A stretch of DNA of 64,000 nt from a virus, in IMG/VR virus record IMGVR_UViG_3300003323_000851, positions 1 to 64,000 of that record; one strand, given 5' to 3'. Every line of letters begins with the position of its first letter. The first letter of the stretch is position 1. Shown piece by piece: positions 59,915 to 64,000 of the stretch. The position numbers and the translations under genes were made by a program. The notes below the pieces were generated by a model. It had not been told where the DNA came from and searched no databases. It was given only the letters and a program-made list of their open reading frames with translations.

Positions 59915-60162
59915 CAGTCTGTTATTTTTCTAATCAATTTCCAAACCTGCGCTACCCTTGCCCGCCACCTGGTCGAGTAATAATGCAGCCCTACCTCGCA
60001 TTCCATGTCGAACAGGTAGATGGCGTGCAGCTCATCCGTAACGATCAGCCCGTCCCGGTAAACCCGCTGACACGGCTCACATGTACATAACCCGCGTGTA
60101 CGGTATAGCCGCTTACCTACTTTCGATTTAAACCATGCCTGTCGGCATTGCCATTTCTTCAT
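59914..60162 (-). CDS. hypothetical Cys-containing protein
   Basis: 82-aa ORF containing CTCEPC. Confidence 0.5.
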   Translation of the reverse strand: MKKWQCRQAWFKSKVGKRLYRTRGLCTCEPCQRVYRDGLIVTDELHAIYLFDMECEVGLHYYSTRWRARVAQVWKLIRKITD

Positions 60163-60356
60163 GACTGATATTTATGTTTAACCCAGTATTCATGCTCTGC
60201 TTGCTTGTGGCCGCTCAACCACCACCTAATCCACTCGCTGATCTCTTGGTTGTTGCCGAAGTTGCGGTACGAATTGCACATTTCGACAATATCGTCTTCG
60301 GGGATCTTGCCGTTGATCATCGATAGCACGGTGTCGCGGAAGTGGGAGTAGGTCAT
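60159..60356 (-). CDS. hypothetical protein
   Basis: 65-aa ORF overlapping both neighbouring genes by 4 nt. Confidence 0.45.
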   Translation of the reverse strand: MTYSHFRDTVLSMINGKIPEDDIVEMCNSYRNFGNNQEISEWIRWWLSGHKQAEHEYWVKHKYQS

Positions 60357-60673
60357 ATGCCGTATTTAAAGAACGCACCTACTAATGCAAGCAGTTCATG
60401 TTGACAATCATAACAAAGACGATATGCAGTAGATATGTTTTTATACCCACCGCCCCATTGAAAGACTACTTCCTGCGCTTCGTTTTTGACCATCGCAGGA
60501 TGCCCCTTATGCCAAGCATCAAATTCTTTTTGCCCTGCAATATTTTCGCCGCATAGATGTGCAAATGCTTGCGAGGCTGCCCCTAATTCAATCATGCCGT
60601 AATTAGGCCATCCAGTATGCCATGCAGGCGTATCTATTTCTTTGCTGCCGCACCGGCCACATGTTTTGCTCAT
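60353..60673 (-). CDS. hypothetical zinc-binding-like protein
   Basis: CGRCG near the N-terminus and CYDC near the C-terminus. Confidence 0.5.
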   Translation of the reverse strand: MSKTCGRCGSKEIDTPAWHTGWPNYGMIELGAASQAFAHLCGENIAGQKEFDAWHKGHPAMVKNEAQEVVFQWGGGYKNISTAYRLCYDCQHELLALVGAFFKYGI

Positions 60674-60674
60674 T

Positions 60675-61496
60675 TTATCTCTTTTTTCTTAAACTGATCG
60701 TTTTCAAAATCCCGCCACCCCAGTACATCCCCCGCGTATTCGCCGGCCCAACATGAACCTGATACTGCACACCCTTGCGCGTCTGGAGCGCTCCGGCAAT
60801 GCCAGCCCATGCAAACCCCGGCGACACACCACCCGACACGCCCAGCAGAATCTTAGCCCGTGGCTTCGCCTGTGAGGCAGCGGCTTGGTACAGCGAATCC
60901 AGCCGGTTGAACCGTTTCGTCGCATCCTGCAGCAACCCTGCCTGCGCGTCGATCATACCGGTGGCGATGGATAGTTGCGTGTTGAAGGCAACGTCCTTCA
61001 CGCTGTCAGCCGCTATGAGGGAGTCGGATTTGTTGGCGAGTAAGGCTCCCAACCGGCAGCATTCGGGGTCGAGCCGGACGACGCCGGTATCGGTCTTTAC
61101 CCAGTATACACGGTTGTCCTGCGTCCAGATGGTGCCGGTTGCCACCGTATCGGGCACAGCATCCGCAATACCGGCCAGTAATCGCAAGCGGGCACCCAGT
61201 TCCCGCACCTCCCGTTTCAGGCGGTTGCTGCTGTCCTGTGCGCGTCTGGTAGCGGCTGCGGCTACCTGCGCGTTATTGCGGTAGTCGAACGCCTGTTCGT
61301 TGGCCTGCTTGGTCGCCCGCGCCTGGTCCAGCACGACCGAATCGTACCACTGGCGCTGCGTTTTCCACGCGGTCACATCGTTACGGTACTTATTGCCGCA
61401 GTAGCCAAACGCCAGCAGGACGGCTACGAGTAAGATCCAGGGGAGGAGGCGGGAGAAGGTGATCTTACCAGCCAGATTCTTTAAAGTCATATACAT
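60675..61496 (-). CDS. N-terminally membrane-anchored coiled-coil protein (spanin-like architecture, unproven)
   Basis: LLPWILLVAVLLAFGYC anchor, then a helical region, then a Gly-rich C-terminus. Confidence 0.5.
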   Translation of the reverse strand: MYMTLKNLAGKITFSRLLPWILLVAVLLAFGYCGNKYRNDVTAWKTQRQWYDSVVLDQARATKQANEQAFDYRNNAQVAAAATRRAQDSSNRLKREVRELGARLRLLAGIADAVPDTVATGTIWTQDNRVYWVKTDTGVVRLDPECCRLGALLANKSDSLIAADSVKDVAFNTQLSIATGMIDAQAGLLQDATKRFNRLDSLYQAAASQAKPRAKILLGVSGGVSPGFAWAGIAGALQTRKGVQYQVHVGPANTRGMYWGGGILKTISLRKKR

Positions 61497-61818
61497 TTTT
61501 TAAAGTGTCTTGTTTATTAGGTGCCAATAACTTGATGAGCGTGTATAGGCGACGCCGTTCTGAGCGGCCATCGAATCCAGGATCAATATCGTACGGATCG
61601 TACCGGACAGAATAAACTGCATATCCTTTCACAATGGTAGCTACATGGTATGTAGTATCCTTGGTCTCAATTTTGATATTGTGTGTGATCGCCTTGATCT
61701 TCACCGTGTCGTTGCGCAACAATTGCGCCGTCGCCTTTCCACTCCACAGCAGGCTCCCTCCCAAGATCAGTAGAGCCAGCGTATTCGTAAACGTCCGGTG
61801 CGATTTGTTTGTAGTCAT
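61465..61818 (-). CDS. small secreted protein
   Basis: LALLILGGSLLWSGKATA-Q signal-peptide-like N-terminus. Confidence 0.5.
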   Translation of the reverse strand: MTTNKSHRTFTNTLALLILGGSLLWSGKATAQLLRNDTVKIKAITHNIKIETKDTTYHVATIVKGYAVYSVRYDPYDIDPGFDGRSERRRLYTLIKLLAPNKQDTLKNVYDFKESGW

Positions 61819-61920
61819 GTCGAATGTTTTTTGTGTCTATTATGCTGTATGTGTTGCCTTCGTATACCCGGCGCTTCTGGCCGTGGTAGGGGCCGAGGGA
61901 GAGGATGATGAGGCGGGCGG

Positions 61921-62283
61921 TCATGACATATTGTATTGATCATCATCATCGTAGTTGTAGAAAGCAGTATGGTTGTAATCTTCAAGGGCTTTTACTTTCG
62001 CCTTGTCCAGAACAGTCCATTCCTTTTCATCTTTTAGCCGGATGCTACGCACCTCTCTTTCCAGTTGATCTCTTTCATAGGAGTTGCCCACTCTTTTATT
62101 TTCTTCCGTTTTAGCAGTCTTGTACTGGCCGACTGCCTTGTCTGCAAGGCGCTGGCAATCCTTCCGGGCTTCGTCAATGTCTTGTTGTGTAATGTTGTCA
62201 CCTTCGATTTGCTTGCTTACTTCAAAATGACAGTAGTTGTAAGAGAGCATTACTTTTACGTTGGCTTGTGTTGTTTTACTCAT
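61921..62283 (-). CDS. hypothetical charged protein
   Basis: 120-aa ORF. Confidence 0.5.
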   Translation of the reverse strand: MSKTTQANVKVMLSYNYCHFEVSKQIEGDNITQQDIDEARKDCQRLADKAVGQYKTAKTEENKRVGNSYERDQLEREVRSIRLKDEKEWTVLDKAKVKALEDYNHTAFYNYDDDDQYNMS

Positions 62284-62291
62284 ATAGTTGT

Positions 62292-62510
62292 TTATTTAAT
62301 TAACTCTACAGGGTAGCAGTCTCTGATGGAATCTTTGTCTACAACACCTTCAAAATCCACATACACATCTTCCGCTGCCGCTTCCAGAATAGCTTCTCTG
62401 TGCAGGCGGGCGTATTCGATCATCAGGTCTGCTACATGCTTCGCAGATAGCCTGCGTGTGGTAATGAGCTTGCTGTTTATCAAGGCCTCAGCCGTTGGTA
62501 CTGGTTTCAT
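62292..62510 (-). CDS. hypothetical protein
   Basis: 72-aa ORF. Confidence 0.45.
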   Translation of the reverse strand: MKPVPTAEALINSKLITTRRLSAKHVADLMIEYARLHREAILEAAAEDVYVDFEGVVDKDSIRDCYPVELIK

Positions 62511-62797
62511 GACATATTATTATAACAGTGATTGACACGGCCTTGCGCATAAAATTTGCGAATCTCTTTCTGCACAAATCCATCTTTATTTACTTCCGGA
62601 TTTTCCAAAGCTACGTGAGCGCGAGAAAGTTCGGCATTCAGGTCTGTAACCAACTTACCATTTTCATGTCGTTCAGTATCGAGCATCCTCATAACCATCG
62701 GAATGGCGTTTTTGTCTTTAGCGATCTCCTCCAGCAGCATGTTCTCCCAGTTAGGCAGCCCGGAGTTGACAATCGCTTTAATGTCTTGCAGATTCAT
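62507..62797 (-). CDS. hypothetical protein
   Basis: 96-aa ORF overlapping both neighbouring genes by 4 nt. Confidence 0.5.
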   Translation of the reverse strand: MNLQDIKAIVNSGLPNWENMLLEEIAKDKNAIPMVMRMLDTERHENGKLVTDLNAELSRAHVALENPEVNKDGFVQKEIRKFYAQGRVNHCYNNMS

Positions 62798-62991
62798 CGT
62801 CCAACAGTTTTATTATTTACTCTCAACCAATCGTAACACCGGTTCCTGACGCTCACGCGCTTCCACATTTCCCGGTCTGCTTCGGTCTCGAATATCATCA
62901 GCGGTTCGTCGTCAAGGACTCCCGCAACGATCTCGTTCGCTACGGCGGTGTCGTTTACCATGTAGAAGGCGAAGGTGTGGAGGGGGGTCAT
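62794..62991 (-). CDS. hypothetical protein
   Basis: 65-aa ORF. Confidence 0.45.
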   Translation of the reverse strand: MTPLHTFAFYMVNDTAVANEIVAGVLDDEPLMIFETEADREMWKRVSVRNRCYDWLRVNNKTVGR

Positions 62992-63518
62992 TAGCTCTGA
63001 TCTTTGATTTGTTCGCTAATAGTCTTGATAGACGGGTTGAGGTTTTCTTTATTGCACACGCCTATGCAGAATAGTTTAACGCGCTTGTAATGCTTACCGG
63101 TAGGCGTTTCCTCCCATTCAACTACTTCAAATCCGATAGCAGGGTAAAGATCCAGGTGCTTAATATTAAGTTCCGCTTTGCACCATAATTGGCCTTCTTT
63201 AACCCAAACATACCCGCGACCGACAACATCTTTTATATCCCTGCCGAAGTTGAGGCAGATGGGCACGGTTTCTTTGTGCTCAATACCATCAAGATCAATA
63301 ACAGTTCCTTCGCTATCGGCATCCTCGGTCTCAATAACGAATACGCATTCTTGTGCGTAATGGTTAAAGGCATTTCGGTTGGCTACGTCTTCAAGATAGG
63401 TGTGCTTAGACGTCCATTCGCCCATGTTGACGTAGCAATAAAATACCTGCTGGTCGTCGTACTCTATCGCTCTGATATCTTCGTTTAGTGGGCCACCGTG
63501 AAATTGTACTGTTTTCAT
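62991..63518 (-). CDS. hypothetical protein
   Basis: 175-aa ORF. Confidence 0.55.
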   Translation of the reverse strand: MKTVQFHGGPLNEDIRAIEYDDQQVFYCYVNMGEWTSKHTYLEDVANRNAFNHYAQECVFVIETEDADSEGTVIDLDGIEHKETVPICLNFGRDIKDVVGRGYVWVKEGQLWCKAELNIKHLDLYPAIGFEVVEWEETPTGKHYKRVKLFCIGVCNKENLNPSIKTISEQIKDQS

Positions 63519-63964
63519 TTCAATTGCTTTTTACTCCACTCCAATAATTGTTCGTGCGATAGGGATTCGAGAACGGCGGCGGGGGTGGAGTAGTAGGGAG
63601 GATTCATATGCTCGTTGACGCCGAAATCCATCAAACCTTTATCATACCACCACACCTTCTCGCCCTCCTTCACCTTGACGCCATCGGCTGTGGTGTAGGT
63701 GGTGGGGCGGGTGAGTTCTGTAAGAAGCGCCCGTCTCGCATTGCAATCAATAAACATCACCCCTTCGCGTATATCAAACTTATCGATAGGGCCGTAGTTG
63801 GTATCATCCCCTACAGCCCAGACCTCGCCGGTGGGCAAAAATTCCACGACATCAATAGTGAATCCCTGCTGCAAGGCTTCTTCAACGGTAAAGGTTTGTA
63901 TTTGGAGATCGCAGATTGTTATCTTGCCGTCTGCAACTCTTACCTTGAGAGGAAAACGGCTCAT
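63515..63964 (-). CDS. hypothetical protein
   Basis: The ORF-track start at 63973 is GTG. The first ATG is at 63962-63964 (MSRFPLKV). Confidence 0.5.
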   Translation of the reverse strand: MSRFPLKVRVADGKITICDLQIQTFTVEEALQQGFTIDVVEFLPTGEVWAVGDDTNYGPIDKFDIREGVMFIDCNARRALLTELTRPTTYTTADGVKVKEGEKVWWYDKGLMDFGVNEHMNPPYYSTPAAVLESLSHEQLLEWSKKQLK

Positions 63965-63966
63965 TT

Positions 63967-64000
63967 TCAGCACCTCCCAGTCTCTGGCGGGGGCGAGTGG
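63967..64000 (-). CDS. 3' end of a gene entering from the right edge
   Basis: Open minus-strand frame ending at TGA 63967-63969, 2 nt before the next ATG. Confidence 0.3.
   Translation of the reverse strand, partial: HSPPPETGRC

Overview
The window is almost entirely a siphovirus-type phage or prophage genome, about 50% G+C by eye. Gene content (ECF sigma factor, DUF3987 ATPase, TAnnTTTG-like promoter boxes) suggests a Bacteroidota-type host, but that is an inference. Layout: (i) 1-346, minus strand: an excisionase-like HTH gene, with no integrase in the window. (ii) 347-820: non-coding, with a 116-nt tRNA-like gene. (iii) 821-3395, plus strand: an accessory island with a classical AAA ATPase and three small genes, each unit followed by an intrinsic terminator. 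(iv) 37206 down to 3466, minus strand: one long late operon. In order it carries TerS, TerL, portal, a Com-like zinc-ribbon protein, a Mu-F-like protein, prohead protease and major capsid. Then come a seven-gene glycosyltransferase/methyltransferase cassette, connector/neck genes, major tail protein, G/GT chaperones with an A_AAA_AAG -1 frameshift, and tape measure. It ends with large tail and fibre proteins carrying esterase, PKD, discoidin and FN3 modules, followed by a run of small membrane proteins. (v) 37207-37643: an A+T-rich iteron region. (vi) 48797 down to 37644, minus strand: an early operon with DUF3987 ATPase, a DnaB-N-only protein, PLD nuclease, two DNA methyltransferases, a SLOG-VRR-NUC fusion and an HNH endonuclease. 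(vii) 48882-56051, plus strand: an early operon with a C5-methyltransferase-like protein, SMC-like ATPase, HNH endonuclease, PD-(D/E)XK exonuclease and a DnaA-C-domain protein. (viii) 64000 down to 56074, minus strand: small genes, an M15 endolysin, an RHH regulator with palindromic operators, two more aberrant tRNA-like RNAs and an ECF sigma factor. The most unusual items are the glycosylation/methylation cassette inside the head-tail structural operon, the three non-canonical tRNA-like RNAs, and Sec-type signal peptides on giant fibre or enzyme proteins. All functional calls rest on motifs read by eye. No database search was run.
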